A stretch of DNA of 61,891 bases from a virus (lineage: Duplodnaviria > Caudoviricetes), in the IMG/VR virus record IMGVR_UViG_3300044800_000230, positions 1 through 61,891 of that record; one strand, given 5' to 3'. The translations under genes and the position numbers were made by a program. The notes beneath the pieces are model-generated. The model did no database searches. It saw nothing but the letters and a program-made list of their open reading frames with translations, and was not told the DNA's origin. This document shows, piece by piece, positions 1-10,837 of this stretch (within the stretch, counting starts at the first letter, position 1; every line of letters begins with the position of its first letter).

Positions 1-168
1 TGGGTCTGGTTCATGGCATCATCCTGACGGCGATGCTGATCCAGGAGAGTACTGAGAAGAGGAAAAATGGACAAAACTCCTATTCCTAAAAGACTTTATT
101 CTGTCAGAGATTCTTCCGGATACCTTTTGTTTATATTGCTAAACCCTCTGTGAGGAAAGTATGTTTTA

Positions 169-540
169 ATGTCACCACATCGTTCGCAACCGATGTGCCA
201 TATTCCCGGATGTCCTAATAAAGCCGATAATACCAGTCTTTGTTCAAATCATCAGAAACAAAGGAATAAAGATATTGATAATCATAGAGATTCCAAGACA
301 AGGGAACTTTATGATTACAGGTGGCAAAGGAATAGAAAGATGTTCCTCAATGCCAATCCTCTTTGTGCTGAGTGCTTTAAAGATGGAGAGATTAGAAAAG
401 CAGAAGTAGTTGATCACATCATCTCTCATCATGGTGATCAAGACCTGTTCAATGATATGGATAATTGGCAATCATTATGTAAACATCATCATGATTCCAA
501 GACGATGAAGGAGATGAACGAAAGGAAAACAGGAGGGTAG
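169..540 (+). CDS. HNH endonuclease, terminase-associated (HK97 gp74-like)
   Basis: PLCAEC...VVDHIISH...NWQSLCKHHHDSKT HNH motif; lies immediately upstream of terS. Confidence 0.9.
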   Translation: MSPHRSQPMCHIPGCPNKADNTSLCSNHQKQRNKDIDNHRDSKTRELYDYRWQRNRKMFLNANPLCAECFKDGEIRKAEVVDHIISHHGDQDLFNDMDNWQSLCKHHHDSKTMKEMNERKTGG

Positions 541-625
541 GGGGTGTCAAATCTCTGGAGGCCCTCCCTCTATACCATGGCTTGGAGAGGCCAGAAATTT
601 TCGCAGTTGAAAATTTTTCTGGATT
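535..625 (+). other. Probable cos/packaging-site region
   Basis: Non-coding gap between HNH and terS with GGGGGTGTCAAATCTC, the typical position and look of cos regions in HNH-terS phages; exact cut site not determinable. Confidence 0.45.
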
Positions 626-634
626 GAAAATTTT

Positions 635-1132
635 ATGAACGCACCTAAACCAACAGCACTTAAACTTATCCAGGGGAATCCTGGTAAGCGTCCGTTAAAC
701 GAGAATGAGCCTAAACCTGAAAAAATTATTCCCCGATGTCCTTCTCATCTCAATAAGTTGGCGAAGAAACATTGGAAAGAAGTTTCTAAATATTTATTCA
801 AGAATGGTTTATTGACAGAAATGGATGGTGACGCATTAGCAATATATTGCCAGCAATGGGCAGATTGGATTCAAATTGAAGACCATCTTAAACCGGAAAA
901 GAAAGAAGATGGAACAATCGAATTTAAAGACATGCAAATCAAGATGACCATGGATACCGATGGTAAAGTTTATTACGAGGGAAGGTCAAATCCGAGAATT
1001 AAGCATAAGTATGAACTTATGAAAATGATGAAAGGATACCTTGCGGAATTTGGTATGACTCCATCATCACGTTCAAGAATCGGAATACAGCCGATCGGTG
1101 GAAAGGAAGGAATTAAAAAATTTCTGACGTAA
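635..1132 (+). CDS. terS: Terminase small subunit, P27 family
   Basis: PKPTALKLIQGNPGKRPLN N-terminus and EFGMTPSSRSRI C-terminal motif. Confidence 0.92.
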   Translation: MNAPKPTALKLIQGNPGKRPLNENEPKPEKIIPRCPSHLNKLAKKHWKEVSKYLFKNGLLTEMDGDALAIYCQQWADWIQIEDHLKPEKKEDGTIEFKDMQIKMTMDTDGKVYYEGRSNPRIKHKYELMKMMKGYLAEFGMTPSSRSRIGIQPIGGKEGIKKFLT

Positions 1133-2830
1133 GTGGACAAAATTGGAAGACAGAAGTCAAAACATGCCATTGGTTTTATAAGCAATCTGACACATGTCGA
1201 GGGGAGGCAATTTGCTGGGAAACCATTTCACCTTTTCATGTGGCAGAAAAGGATCATTCATAAGTTATTTGGGACCCTTAAACCAGATGGATACAGGCAA
1301 TATAGAACATGTTATTTAGAGATTCCCAAAAAAAATGGGAAATCAGAATTAGGTGCGGCAGTTGCCCTTTTATTACTTTGTGGAGATCATGAACTTGGGG
1401 CGGAGGTTTATTCGGTTGCAAGCGATATTGACCAGGCTGGGATTATTTTTAGAAAAGCTGCCCAGATGGTAAGAAATTCAAAAGAATTAAGTGAGAGGTT
1501 GAATATCCTCGACTCACAAAAAAGAATCATAGATTATCAAACCAATAGTTTTTACAGGGTTTTATCTTCCGATGTGGAGACTAAACATGGATATAATCCA
1601 CACGGTGTAATCTTTGATGAACTTCATACGCAACCAAATAGGAAATTATGGGATGTCTTAACCGTAGGGACAGATGCGGCCAGGAAGCAACAAATTGTTT
1701 TTGTTATGACAACGGCTGGTTTTGATAGGAATTCCATCTGTAAAGAAGTGCATGATCATGCAATGAATGTAAAAAAAGGAGCCTTTGAAGATCCCAAATT
1801 CCTTCCTATTTTTTATGGCACTCCGGATGATGCGGATTGGGAAGATGAAAATGAATGGATAAAAGCAAATCCTTCAATTGGGAAAATTTTTGATATTGAA
1901 AATTTAAGAGAAGGATATAAAGATGCCAAACAAATTCCAGCAAGGGAAAATGAATTTAGAAGATTGAGATTGGATCAATGGACTCAACAATCTGTCCGTC
2001 TCATCCCAATGGATAAATGGGATGCCAATAATCAACAATTCTTATTTGAAGAAATGCGAGGCCGATCTTGTTTTGCTGGCCTCGATCTTGCCTCCTCGAT
2101 TGACATTGCGGCCTTCGTTGTTGTTTTCCCAGATGAGGAAGGCTATCTCAATGTCCAACCCTACTTTTTTGTTCCTGAAGAGAATATCAAGAGAAGATCC
2201 GAGAAGGATAGAATTCCTTATGACCTCTGGGCAAAACAGGGATTCATTATTTCAACTCCTGGCAATGTGATTGATTATGCATTTATTGAGGAGAAAATTA
2301 AGGAAATAGCCGAAACTCATGATCTCAAGGGTGTGGTTTATGACCGATGGGGAGCTGTCCAGATTTCTCAGAGGCTTCAGGATATAGGCATCAATGTAAT
2401 TCCTTTGGGTCAAGGGTTTGCATCCATGTCTGCACCCACTAAGGAATTTTTGACCTTGATTCTGAAAGGCAAAATTCGCCACAACGGAAATCCTGTTCTC
2501 TGGTGGATGGCTTCAAATATCGCTGGGAAAGGTGATCCAGCCGGAAATATCAAACCAGATCGAGAGAAATCTGGGGATAAGATAGACGGAATGGTTGCCC
2601 TCATTATGGCTATTGATCAAATTATTCGGAGTGGCATGGCAAAGAGCGTCTATGATGAGCGAGGTCCCCTTTATCTTGAACTTCCAGAGGTAGAGGAGCA
2701 AAAAGAAGAGGTAAAAGAATCCGTGTCTGAAGAGAATCCAGAACAACCACTCATTCATTATTGCCCGAGATGTAACTGGATCATAACGAGCAATATTTGT
2801 GAGCATTGTGGGAGGATAGGAACGGCATGA
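1133..2830 (+). CDS. terL: Terminase large subunit
   Basis: Walker A IPKKNGKS, Walker B VIFDELH, nuclease motifs GLDLAS and KIDGMVA. Confidence 0.95.
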   Translation: MDKIGRQKSKHAIGFISNLTHVEGRQFAGKPFHLFMWQKRIIHKLFGTLKPDGYRQYRTCYLEIPKKNGKSELGAAVALLLLCGDHELGAEVYSVASDIDQAGIIFRKAAQMVRNSKELSERLNILDSQKRIIDYQTNSFYRVLSSDVETKHGYNPHGVIFDELHTQPNRKLWDVLTVGTDAARKQQIVFVMTTAGFDRNSICKEVHDHAMNVKKGAFEDPKFLPIFYGTPDDADWEDENEWIKANPSIGKIFDIENLREGYKDAKQIPARENEFRRLRLDQWTQQSVRLIPMDKWDANNQQFLFEEMRGRSCFAGLDLASSIDIAAFVVVFPDEEGYLNVQPYFFVPEENIKRRSEKDRIPYDLWAKQGFIISTPGNVIDYAFIEEKIKEIAETHDLKGVVYDRWGAVQISQRLQDIGINVIPLGQGFASMSAPTKEFLTLILKGKIRHNGNPVLWWMASNIAGKGDPAGNIKPDREKSGDKIDGMVALIMAIDQIIRSGMAKSVYDERGPLYLELPEVEEQKEEVKESVSEENPEQPLIHYCPRCNWIITSNICEHCGRIGTA

Positions 2831-4617
2831 AAAACCCATTGGTTACCTTGGGTCGGTATCTTAAACGGTCACTTCAGGACAATTACGGACCTGAAGCCGA
2901 TTACTGGTATTACCCTGTTTTCAAAGATACTCAGGCAGGGGTTCCTGTTGAGGAAACAAATGCCCTGACCTGTTCCGATGTCTTTAAATGTGTGAGGGTC
3001 ATCTCCGAGACTGCCTCGTCAATCCCCCTTATCCTCTATCGCTGGCTTGATGGGGGTGGAAAGGAGAGGGCTGAAGATCATTACCTCTCCAACATCCTGA
3101 AGATCGAACCCAATCCATTGATGACTTCGATGCAATATCGGGAGGTTATTTTTAACCATCTTCTAACATGGGGAAACCACTATTCTCAGATTATTCATAA
3201 TGGTTTTGGGCGGGTTGATTCTCTTTGGCCTCTTCGACCCGACAGGATGGAGGTCAAACAAGATCCTGGCACGGCATATGGTCTTATTTACCGATACCGC
3301 CCAAGTATGGGTGGAACGATTGATATTCCCATGGATGAAGTTCTTCATTTCGCAGGTCTTGGTTTCAATGGCATCATTGGATATTCACCGATTGCCCTTC
3401 ACAGGGAATCAATAGCCCTCTCCATGGCGGCTGCAGAGTTTGCCTCTCGCTTCTTTGGTAATGATGCAACCCCAGGTGGAATTCTTGAACATCCAGGAAA
3501 GTTGGGTCCTGTAGCCCATGAGAATCTTAAAAAAGCACTCATAGCAGAACATTCGGGGGGAAAGAATAGATGGAAACCCATGATCCTTGAAGAAGGGATG
3601 AAATGGAATACCATCACAGTCCCGATGAAGGATGCCCAATTCATTGACATTCGAAAATATCAACGGACCGATATCTGTGGAATCTACCGTGTCCCACCCC
3701 ATCTGATTGGAGACCTTGATCGTGCAACCTTCACGAATATTGAACACGAGTCGATGAGTTTCGTGACAAATACGATCCGTCCGTGGTGTGTGAGATTCGA
3801 ACAGACATTGAATAAGAAACTACTTGGCCCCATTGAGAAGAACAGATATTTCTTTGAACATCTTCTTGAAGGTCTCATGAGAGGAGATGTTGAGACCAGA
3901 TATAAAGCCTATGCCATAGGGAGGAACTGGGGTTGGCTTTGCGCCGACGATATCCGTGAGATCGAGAATATGAACCCACTTCCCAAGGGACAGGGAAAGA
4001 TTTACTTAGTTCCGCTGAATATGATACCCGCCGATCAAGTTGGTCAGGCTCCAGCCAAACCGATTCCGGCAAAAGACCAGGGAGTCATCGATGTCCAACC
4101 CGTCGACCAGAAATTACTCCCACAGAAAAAGAGCGACGAGCAGGAAGCCTTCGAGATAAGAAATCGCCTAATGCTCTCTTTCAGGAGACTTTTTGAGGAC
4201 GGGACAGCTCGTATTGTGCGTCGTGAAGTGATTGGTATAAAAAAGGCTCTGAATCGTCCAGATTATGACAGCTTTTATCGGGATATAGATGACTTTTATA
4301 AAGAATTGCCTCTCTTTATCATGAATACAATGAGTCCAATTGTTTCAAGTTTTAATGAATTGTCGAATGAGAGTGATGGTGCTGAGATTCTGAACCGTTT
4401 CATCATTGACCATATCAAGGAATCTCGGTCAGACATTCAGACGTGGGAAGGGTCACTGATCCAGAAAGAAAGATTTGAGAAGAATGACAAGGCTATTGAA
4501 ACCAAATTGAATGGATGGGTAGGTGAACGACCGGTAAAAGAAGTAGAAGGTTTCTATAGATACAACAACGGAATATTAAACTCGGATAAAGTTAGATATA
4601 CAGAAGCATCAACATGA
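2827..4617 (+). CDS. Portal protein (HK97 family) with long C-terminal extension
   Basis: GNHY, LWPLRPDRM, EVLHF, GYSPI, ICGIYRVPPHLIG, IREIENMNP motifs; ATG overlaps the terL stop. Confidence 0.93.
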   Translation: MKNPLVTLGRYLKRSLQDNYGPEADYWYYPVFKDTQAGVPVEETNALTCSDVFKCVRVISETASSIPLILYRWLDGGGKERAEDHYLSNILKIEPNPLMTSMQYREVIFNHLLTWGNHYSQIIHNGFGRVDSLWPLRPDRMEVKQDPGTAYGLIYRYRPSMGGTIDIPMDEVLHFAGLGFNGIIGYSPIALHRESIALSMAAAEFASRFFGNDATPGGILEHPGKLGPVAHENLKKALIAEHSGGKNRWKPMILEEGMKWNTITVPMKDAQFIDIRKYQRTDICGIYRVPPHLIGDLDRATFTNIEHESMSFVTNTIRPWCVRFEQTLNKKLLGPIEKNRYFFEHLLEGLMRGDVETRYKAYAIGRNWGWLCADDIREIENMNPLPKGQGKIYLVPLNMIPADQVGQAPAKPIPAKDQGVIDVQPVDQKLLPQKKSDEQEAFEIRNRLMLSFRRLFEDGTARIVRREVIGIKKALNRPDYDSFYRDIDDFYKELPLFIMNTMSPIVSSFNELSNESDGAEILNRFIIDHIKESRSDIQTWEGSLIQKERFEKNDKAIETKLNGWVGERPVKEVEGFYRYNNGILNSDKVRYTEAST

Positions 4618-4777
4618 CATATGAAGAAGCGGTCAAGAAAGCATGGGTTGAGGCTGGCGATGAATATGCCTACCTTACTGATGAACGTTTTCTTGAGTAT
4701 TTACTTAAAGGGATAGATTTCCCAGAATAAGATAGGGTTTAGATAATCTCCTCTGCAGGGAGATTCCCAATATATAG

Positions 4778-4820
4778 AAAAGGCCATTCCATGATCATGG
4801 TGGGATGGCCTTTTTCTTTT
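4778..4820 (+). terminator. Hairpin plus T tract after portal
   Basis: AAAAGGCCATTCCA...TGGGATGGCCTTTTTCTTTT inverted repeat. Confidence 0.6.
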
Positions 4821-4839
4821 TGGGAAAGGAGAAAACAAA

Positions 4840-6072
4840 ATGCCATTACCAACACCTGGCAAAGACGAAAAGCAAGACGATTTTATTGGACGATGTATGT
4901 CCAAAATAAAAGATGAATTTCCGGACAACAAACAACGGTTAGCCGTTTGCTTCAAACAGTGGAAAGAAAAAGAGAAAAAATCAGATGATTCCGATCTCGA
5001 ACATCGGGGAGTGATTGGGTATGCAGACCATGGAAAGGCGGATGAGGGTGAGGCTTGGGATGCGGGTGGTGAAACGAAAGGTGCAACTGTCCAAGACCTC
5101 AAGATCATGTGCGCTTGGTATGACAATGCAAACCCGGATGTCAAGAGTTCATATAAATTGCCGCATCACAAGGGGAGTGGTGGTCATCCTGCCGTTTGGC
5201 GAGGGGTTGCAGCGGCGATGGGTGCACTCATGGGTTCAAGGGGAGGCGTTGATATTCCCGAATCAGATAAGCAAGGGGTTCATGGACATCTGGCAAGTCA
5301 TTACAAACAATTTGACAAAGAACCTCCAGAATTTAAATCCTTCGTCGATTTCGAATCCCGCCAACCTGAATACCATTATGAAAGACGGTGGTTTCCAGAA
5401 GGTGAACTTCGGGCAATAGACGGCAGTATCCCTAAGATCGAGGGTTATGCCGCAATTTTCGATTCCCTTTCGGAGGAGATGTTCGGCTTCCGTGAAAAGA
5501 TTGCAAAAGGTGCCTTTGCCGATTCGATAAGGAAAGATGACATCCGTATGCTCTGGAATCACGACCCGAATTTTGTATTGGGTCGAACAAAAGCGAGGAC
5601 ATTGGAATTGAGTGAAGATTCAAAAGGTCTTTTTTATAGGGGGATACCACCCAATACGCAATGGGCACGTGACCTCATGGAATCGATCAAACGTGGAGAT
5701 GTGAACCAATCAAGTTTTGGGTTCATCATACAGAAGGAAAGTTGGGATAAAAACGCAAAACCATGTGTGAGGACACTCGACGAAGTTCAGTTGTTCGATG
5801 TCTCACCCGTCACCTATCCCGCTTACAAGAATACAGAAGTTTATGTTCGTTCGGGACTGAATCAATTTTGGTTCCCAGGCAGTTCTATATATAGTGCGGG
5901 CGAATCCGACCCGACAGTCTTTATTCTTCCGCAAAGGCAGGAAGATTTAACCCAGGTTGACAGAGACGATGCTAATGGGCAGTTCGTCACTCCAGACCCT
6001 TCTAAGGCTCTTGTCGATCCTGACCGTTGGGAAAAGATCAGGGCCATAAAAGAAAAAGGAGAAAAGAAATGA
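4840..6072 (+). CDS. HK97-family prohead protease with ~190 aa N-terminal extra domains
   Basis: IEGYAAIF, FREKIAKGAF, LWNHD, SSFGF, DVSPVTYPAY motifs in the C-terminal half. Confidence 0.9.
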   Translation: MPLPTPGKDEKQDDFIGRCMSKIKDEFPDNKQRLAVCFKQWKEKEKKSDDSDLEHRGVIGYADHGKADEGEAWDAGGETKGATVQDLKIMCAWYDNANPDVKSSYKLPHHKGSGGHPAVWRGVAAAMGALMGSRGGVDIPESDKQGVHGHLASHYKQFDKEPPEFKSFVDFESRQPEYHYERRWFPEGELRAIDGSIPKIEGYAAIFDSLSEEMFGFREKIAKGAFADSIRKDDIRMLWNHDPNFVLGRTKARTLELSEDSKGLFYRGIPPNTQWARDLMESIKRGDVNQSSFGFIIQKESWDKNAKPCVRTLDEVQLFDVSPVTYPAYKNTEVYVRSGLNQFWFPGSSIYSAGESDPTVFILPQRQEDLTQVDRDDANGQFVTPDPSKALVDPDRWEKIRAIKEKGEKK

Positions 6073-7349
6073 CTCTTCAAGAATTAAGATCGCTTATCGA
6101 TCAAAAATATACCGAACTCGAATCAATGAAAAAGAAGATTGAGTCGGAGAAACGTTCAGCAAATGACGATGAAAAAGTCCTCTCCAATAAACTCATGGAT
6201 GAGATTGAGTGCATCGATGCCGAGGTAACAAGCATTGAGACACAGGACAGAGTCGATGCCATGATTCAGAAAAGAAGACAACCGGTCAATAGACCGATTA
6301 TCGATGATCTCACAAGAGCAGATCAACAGAAGAAAGAGTTCAGGTCTTTTGGAGAGCAACTTCAAGCAGTTGTTTCCGCTGGTACAGGTGGAAGAATCGA
6401 TTCAAGACTTGTCCGGGCGGCAACAGGTATGGACGAGACTATCCCGTCAGATGGTGGATTTCTTGTTCAGACCGAATATGCAGCCGATCTTCTTGGGCGT
6501 GCCTATGAGTTGGCAATCATAGCGCCGAAATGCCGAAAGATTCCCATTAGTGGACCAGCCAACTCGATCAAGATCAATGCAATCGCTGAGACAAGCCGTG
6601 TGACTGGATCTCGTTGGGGTGGTATTCAGGCTTACTGGTCAGCAGAAGCTGGCACCAAGACTCCATCTGCTCCGAAATTTCGCCAGATGGAATTGAGTCT
6701 CAAGAAACTTGTTGGGCTTTGCTATAGCACGGATGAACTCCTTGCTGATGCATCTGCCCTTCAATCTGTTATTACCCAGGCATTCTCGGATGAATTCGCC
6801 TTCATGATGGACGATGCCGTTATCAATGGGACAGGTGTGGGTCAACCTCTCGGTATCATGAAATCAAATGCCCTTGTTGTTGTAAATCGTGCGGGTGCGG
6901 GTGTAATTGCCAACACCGATATTGGTAATATGTGGGCAAGACAGTGGGTTCGGGGAATGACAAAATCCTTTTGGTTCTGCAACCAAGATGTTCTTCCCGC
7001 TTTCTTCGCTATGTCAATGACGGTTGGAACAGGTGGTATGCCTGTATATCTGCCTCCTGGTGGATTGAGCCAGACACCATATTCTACCCTCATGGGTCGT
7101 CCCCTTATCCCAATCGAACAATGCCAAACTTACGGTACAAAAGGCGACCTTATTTTAGCAGACTTCGGGGAATATATTCTTGTCGATAAAGGCGGAATGA
7201 CAAGTGCGAGTTCAATCCATGTCCGTTTTGTGAACGATGAGACTGCATTCAGATTCGTCTATCGCGTGGATGGGCAACCAGCATGGAACGCCGTTTTGAC
7301 TCCTTACAAAGGAAGCAATACCGTCAGCCCATGGGTGGTACTGAGTTAA
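6069..7349 (+). CDS. Major capsid protein (HK97 fold, N-terminal coiled-coil delta domain)
   Basis: DGGFLVQTE, ELLAD, GTGVGQPLGI, TLMGRP, RVDGQP; follows the protease. Confidence 0.93.
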   Translation: MTLQELRSLIDQKYTELESMKKKIESEKRSANDDEKVLSNKLMDEIECIDAEVTSIETQDRVDAMIQKRRQPVNRPIIDDLTRADQQKKEFRSFGEQLQAVVSAGTGGRIDSRLVRAATGMDETIPSDGGFLVQTEYAADLLGRAYELAIIAPKCRKIPISGPANSIKINAIAETSRVTGSRWGGIQAYWSAEAGTKTPSAPKFRQMELSLKKLVGLCYSTDELLADASALQSVITQAFSDEFAFMMDDAVINGTGVGQPLGIMKSNALVVVNRAGAGVIANTDIGNMWARQWVRGMTKSFWFCNQDVLPAFFAMSMTVGTGGMPVYLPPGGLSQTPYSTLMGRPLIPIEQCQTYGTKGDLILADFGEYILVDKGGMTSASSIHVRFVNDETAFRFVYRVDGQPAWNAVLTPYKGSNTVSPWVVLS

Positions 7350-7356
7350 ACAATTT

Positions 7357-7386
7357 GACGGGGCGGTTCAGTTCCGCCCCTGTTTT
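7357..7386 (+). terminator. Intrinsic terminator after major capsid
   Basis: GGGGCGG-loop-CCGCCCC followed by TGTTTT. Confidence 0.7.
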
Positions 7387-7412
7387 CTAAATCACAATAA
7401 GGAGGAAATATC

Positions 7413-8240
7413 ATGGCTCTAATTTCACAGAAAGAAAAAATAGACATAGGTTTGGTCGGAAGATTGGTATCCGCCACCACGGCGATTACACCTGCCTACG
7501 ACATGGGAACCTATGAGAAAGCCTTGTTTCTCGTCCAGATGGGAACAACGGCTCTCACACTCGGTTCTACATCTTTCAACCTTTTAATGAGACCACTTCA
7601 ATTCGTGAACTCGACAGATGCCTTGGCATTGGGAGTTCCGATTGCGGCATCATCTCAGGCTCAACTTCAACTCGGAGCCTCAAGTTTTGACACTCTCACG
7701 GGAGCATCGATTATCACCTGCGTTCAGGGATCATCTCCGAGAGCTGGTGAAAGTTTTGTCCTCAATGGTCTCACCTTCACCTATTCTGCGGCAGTTGCAG
7801 CATCCACGACCGACGCTTTCACATCGGCTCGACTCATGTCGGCATCATCAAACCTTGCTGGGAATCTTACAAGATTTGCGGCAATCGTTAATGATCCAAC
7901 TTATGGATGCACAGGTTTACTTGCTACGGCTACTGCAACACAGGTCACACTGATAGCAGTTCCACCTGGAGATAAATCTATCACCCTTGCTATTAATGTT
8001 ACGGCTGGGGGTTCATCTGGTTCTATGAGGGCATATCCTACCCAGATGCAGGGTTATATCGAATTGGATACCAGAAATGTCTCAGTTTCCAGTTCATATC
8101 GATATGTGGGTCTGGAAATTCAGCCTGCAAGTTCTTTCGATATCAATGTGGTGGTTCTCAGGGGAGAAGGACGTTATTTCCCTGGTCCATCAACAGGGAT
8201 TCCCGGTCAGGCAGTTGGAAGTTACATTCAAAACATTTAA
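7413..8240 (+). CDS. Ser/Thr/Ala-rich structural protein, likely capsid decoration
   Basis: Strong RBS, directly after the capsid gene, beta-rich S/T/A composition. Confidence 0.55.
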   Translation: MALISQKEKIDIGLVGRLVSATTAITPAYDMGTYEKALFLVQMGTTALTLGSTSFNLLMRPLQFVNSTDALALGVPIAASSQAQLQLGASSFDTLTGASIITCVQGSSPRAGESFVLNGLTFTYSAAVAASTTDAFTSARLMSASSNLAGNLTRFAAIVNDPTYGCTGLLATATATQVTLIAVPPGDKSITLAINVTAGGSSGSMRAYPTQMQGYIELDTRNVSVSSSYRYVGLEIQPASSFDINVVVLRGEGRYFPGPSTGIPGQAVGSYIQNI

Positions 8241-8248
8241 GTTTCGAG

Positions 8249-8278
8249 AGGGTGGGGCTTCGGCCTCACCCTATATTT
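8249..8278 (+). terminator. Hairpin with cUUCGg tetraloop
   Basis: AGGGTGGGGC-TTCG-GCCTCACCCT then ATATTT. Confidence 0.65.
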
Positions 8279-8523
8279 GATATGAGCAAATTAGTAATCA
8301 AGATCAATGAGGATGATGAGGATAAGAGGCCAAGTTCTCTACCCAGAGAGAATTTGGATATAAAGATTGTCCAATGGTCTGGACCTTCTTCGGAGAAATA
8401 CGAATGAAAAAAAAGAGAAAGTGCAATCATATTTGGAAGAACAAACATGTTCCTTGGTATGCCCCATGGAGAGAAGATATCGTTTGTTCCAAATGTGGGG
8501 CAACGGCATGGAAGAGATTATAA

Positions 8524-9171
8524 ATGGAAATTACGATTAGAAGACTTTCAAGATCAGATGTCACACAGAATTATGTTGATTGGTTGAATGATCCCGAAAT
8601 CAATAAGTATCTCGAAACGAAGATCGTCCCCCAATCAATAGATGACTGTGAAGAATATATAGATAGGATGAGGAAAGACCCGAATCAATTTCATTTTGGA
8701 ATTTTCCATGAAGGAGTTATGGGGAGTTATAATTCCAAAATTATTAGTCACATTGGCAACTGCAAACTCGGTCCCGTGAACTGGGTTCACCGAAATGCTG
8801 ATGTAAGTATCTTCATTGGTGACCATGGAGTATGGGGACAGGGTGCCGGGTATCAGGCTATTATGCTTTTGCTTGACTTTGGGTTTAATATTTTAAACCT
8901 TCATAGGGTGAATGCCCATGTTTACCAGGGCAATGAGAGAAGCGAAAGACTCTTTAAGAAATGTGGATTCAGAGAAGAAGGAGTCGAGATCGACAAAGTT
9001 TGGTTCAATGGAAAATATACAAATGTTATCAACTATGGAAAGTTGAGGGAATCCCATGATTTTGGATGGAAGGACAGTCCTTGTGACTGGAGGAACGGGG
9101 TCTTTCGGGCGGGCGTTCGTCAAGAAAGTATTGATGGGGCGACCAAGGAAAGTAATAGTCTTCAGCCGTGA
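8524..9171 (+). CDS. GNAT/RimJ-like N-acetyltransferase (PseH-like)
   Basis: YVDWLNDPEINKYL, IFIGD..WGQGAG, LNLHRV, NERS..LFKKCGF; 3' end overlaps pseB. Confidence 0.85.
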   Translation: MEITIRRLSRSDVTQNYVDWLNDPEINKYLETKIVPQSIDDCEEYIDRMRKDPNQFHFGIFHEGVMGSYNSKIISHIGNCKLGPVNWVHRNADVSIFIGDHGVWGQGAGYQAIMLLLDFGFNILNLHRVNAHVYQGNERSERLFKKCGFREEGVEIDKVWFNGKYTNVINYGKLRESHDFGWKDSPCDWRNGVFRAGVRQESIDGATKESNSLQP

Positions 9172-10036
9172 CGAGTTCAAGCAACATGAGATGCGGAATG
9201 AGGTCAGTGATCACCGGTTGGAGTTCTTTATAGGCGATGTGAGGGATAGACAGAGGCTCTCACGGGCTTTTGATGGAGTGGATGTGGTGGTTCATGCGGC
9301 GGCTCTGAAGCAGATCCCAGTATGCGAATACAATCCCTTCGAGGCGATTGCGACCAACGTTATAGGGGCACGCAACGTGATGGACGAGGCCATTGACAGG
9401 AAAGTATGGCGGGTAGTTGCCATCTCGACGGATAAGGCTGTCGAACCTGCGAACGTCTATGGGAAGACGAAGGGACTCTCGGAGGCATTGTTTGTGAGTG
9501 GGAACTCATATACGGGACGCAAGCCGACGAAGTTTTCCGTTGTGCGATATGGAAATGTCGTGAATTCACGTGGTTCGGTTATCCCATTCTTCATGCGACT
9601 CAAACGACAGGGAGAAAAAGTCTTCCCGATTACAGACTTGAAGATGACACGGTTCTGGATAACCCTTGTTCAAGCGGTCGATCTCGTTCTCTATGCGATC
9701 CAGACTATGCAGGGTGGGGAGATATTCGTCCCTAAGATTCCCTCGATGAAGGTAGTTGACCTTGCAAAGTCTATCGAACCAGATTGCGAGTTTAAGGAAA
9801 TCGGTCGTCGCAAGGGCGAGAAACTCCATGAGATCATGGTCTCGGAGGTTGAGGCCGAGGACACACGGAACTACGAAGGACATTATATCATTCAACCTGC
9901 CTTCCATTGGTGGAGGATGGATGATGGGAATGGAGGTGAAAAGGTTCCAGCAGATTTCAGATATTCGAGCGACAAGAATGAAAAGTGGCTCGATGTGAAC
10001 GATTTGAGGAGGTTGTTAGGAATTGAGGAAAGTTAA
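9056..10036 (+). CDS. pseB: UDP-GlcNAc 4,6-dehydratase (inverting)
   Basis: VTGGTGSFG, SRDEFKQ, HAAALKQ, STDKA, YGKTK, RYGNVVNSRGSV, MTRFWI, GEKLHE. Confidence 0.92.
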   Translation: MILDGRTVLVTGGTGSFGRAFVKKVLMGRPRKVIVFSRDEFKQHEMRNEVSDHRLEFFIGDVRDRQRLSRAFDGVDVVVHAAALKQIPVCEYNPFEAIATNVIGARNVMDEAIDRKVWRVVAISTDKAVEPANVYGKTKGLSEALFVSGNSYTGRKPTKFSVVRYGNVVNSRGSVIPFFMRLKRQGEKVFPITDLKMTRFWITLVQAVDLVLYAIQTMQGGEIFVPKIPSMKVVDLAKSIEPDCEFKEIGRRKGEKLHEIMVSEVEAEDTRNYEGHYIIQPAFHWWRMDDGNGGEKVPADFRYSSDKNEKWLDVNDLRRLLGIEES

Positions 10037-10837
10037 AAAGGAGGCGATGAAAGATGGCATTTGATATGACAGGGGTTACCGAAAATAAGGATAGTTATAC
10101 ACTGAAATTCTCTGCTGAATTATGTTTTTCAAAAAGTCTTCTAAAAGATGAGAAAGCACTAAAAAAGTTGGTGTGGTATCTAATTAGAGAAGAATTATTC
10201 GTGGAAAAGGGTTTATTGCCAGAATGAATCAAGGAAGTGATTAAGATGGGAACCTTAAAAAGAAAACAGATAGAAAAAAAGTTAAAAAAAATATGTGGAA
10301 ATTTATATCTGACTGATGAATTACTTGAAGACGATGTCGCTCTTGGGGCGGTAGTTCGTGCAACTTTGTTAGAGGAAGGTAAGGTGAAGATTAAAATATC
10401 GGAGTAGATGAGAAAGGAGTTTTATGGAATTATCTTTTAAGGAAATGGAAAAAGTAATTGTCCCAAAATATATGACGAAGAAAGAATGGGAAGGAATGAT
10501 GCTTGAATTTACCATTTCATGGGTTCCCAGACCGATGATTAATTGTGTAAAAGATGAACTTGAGAAAAGATTTGGAAAAATATTTGATAAGCGGAAAAAA
10601 ACTTATGCAGTTGATGCTCATTCAGTAGAGGCGATCTCGGTCGCCAGAAAACGGGACTCATGTATGAGTCCATGGAAAGGAGAGAAAAGTGAAAAAAGGG
10701 ACTAAGTATTTGGATGAGGCGAATGAATGGATTAAACAAAATGGATGGGCAAATGTTACGTTCGAACACCTTCTTAAGATGGGACAATTTCTATTTGATG
10801 TTGATTTGGAGAAGGTGAAGTGGGAAGGAGGAAAAAG

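Noticed and set aside
67-153. Excisionase-like start MDKTPIPKRLYSVRD
   Set aside because: It stops after 28 codons; at best a remnant and too short to call.
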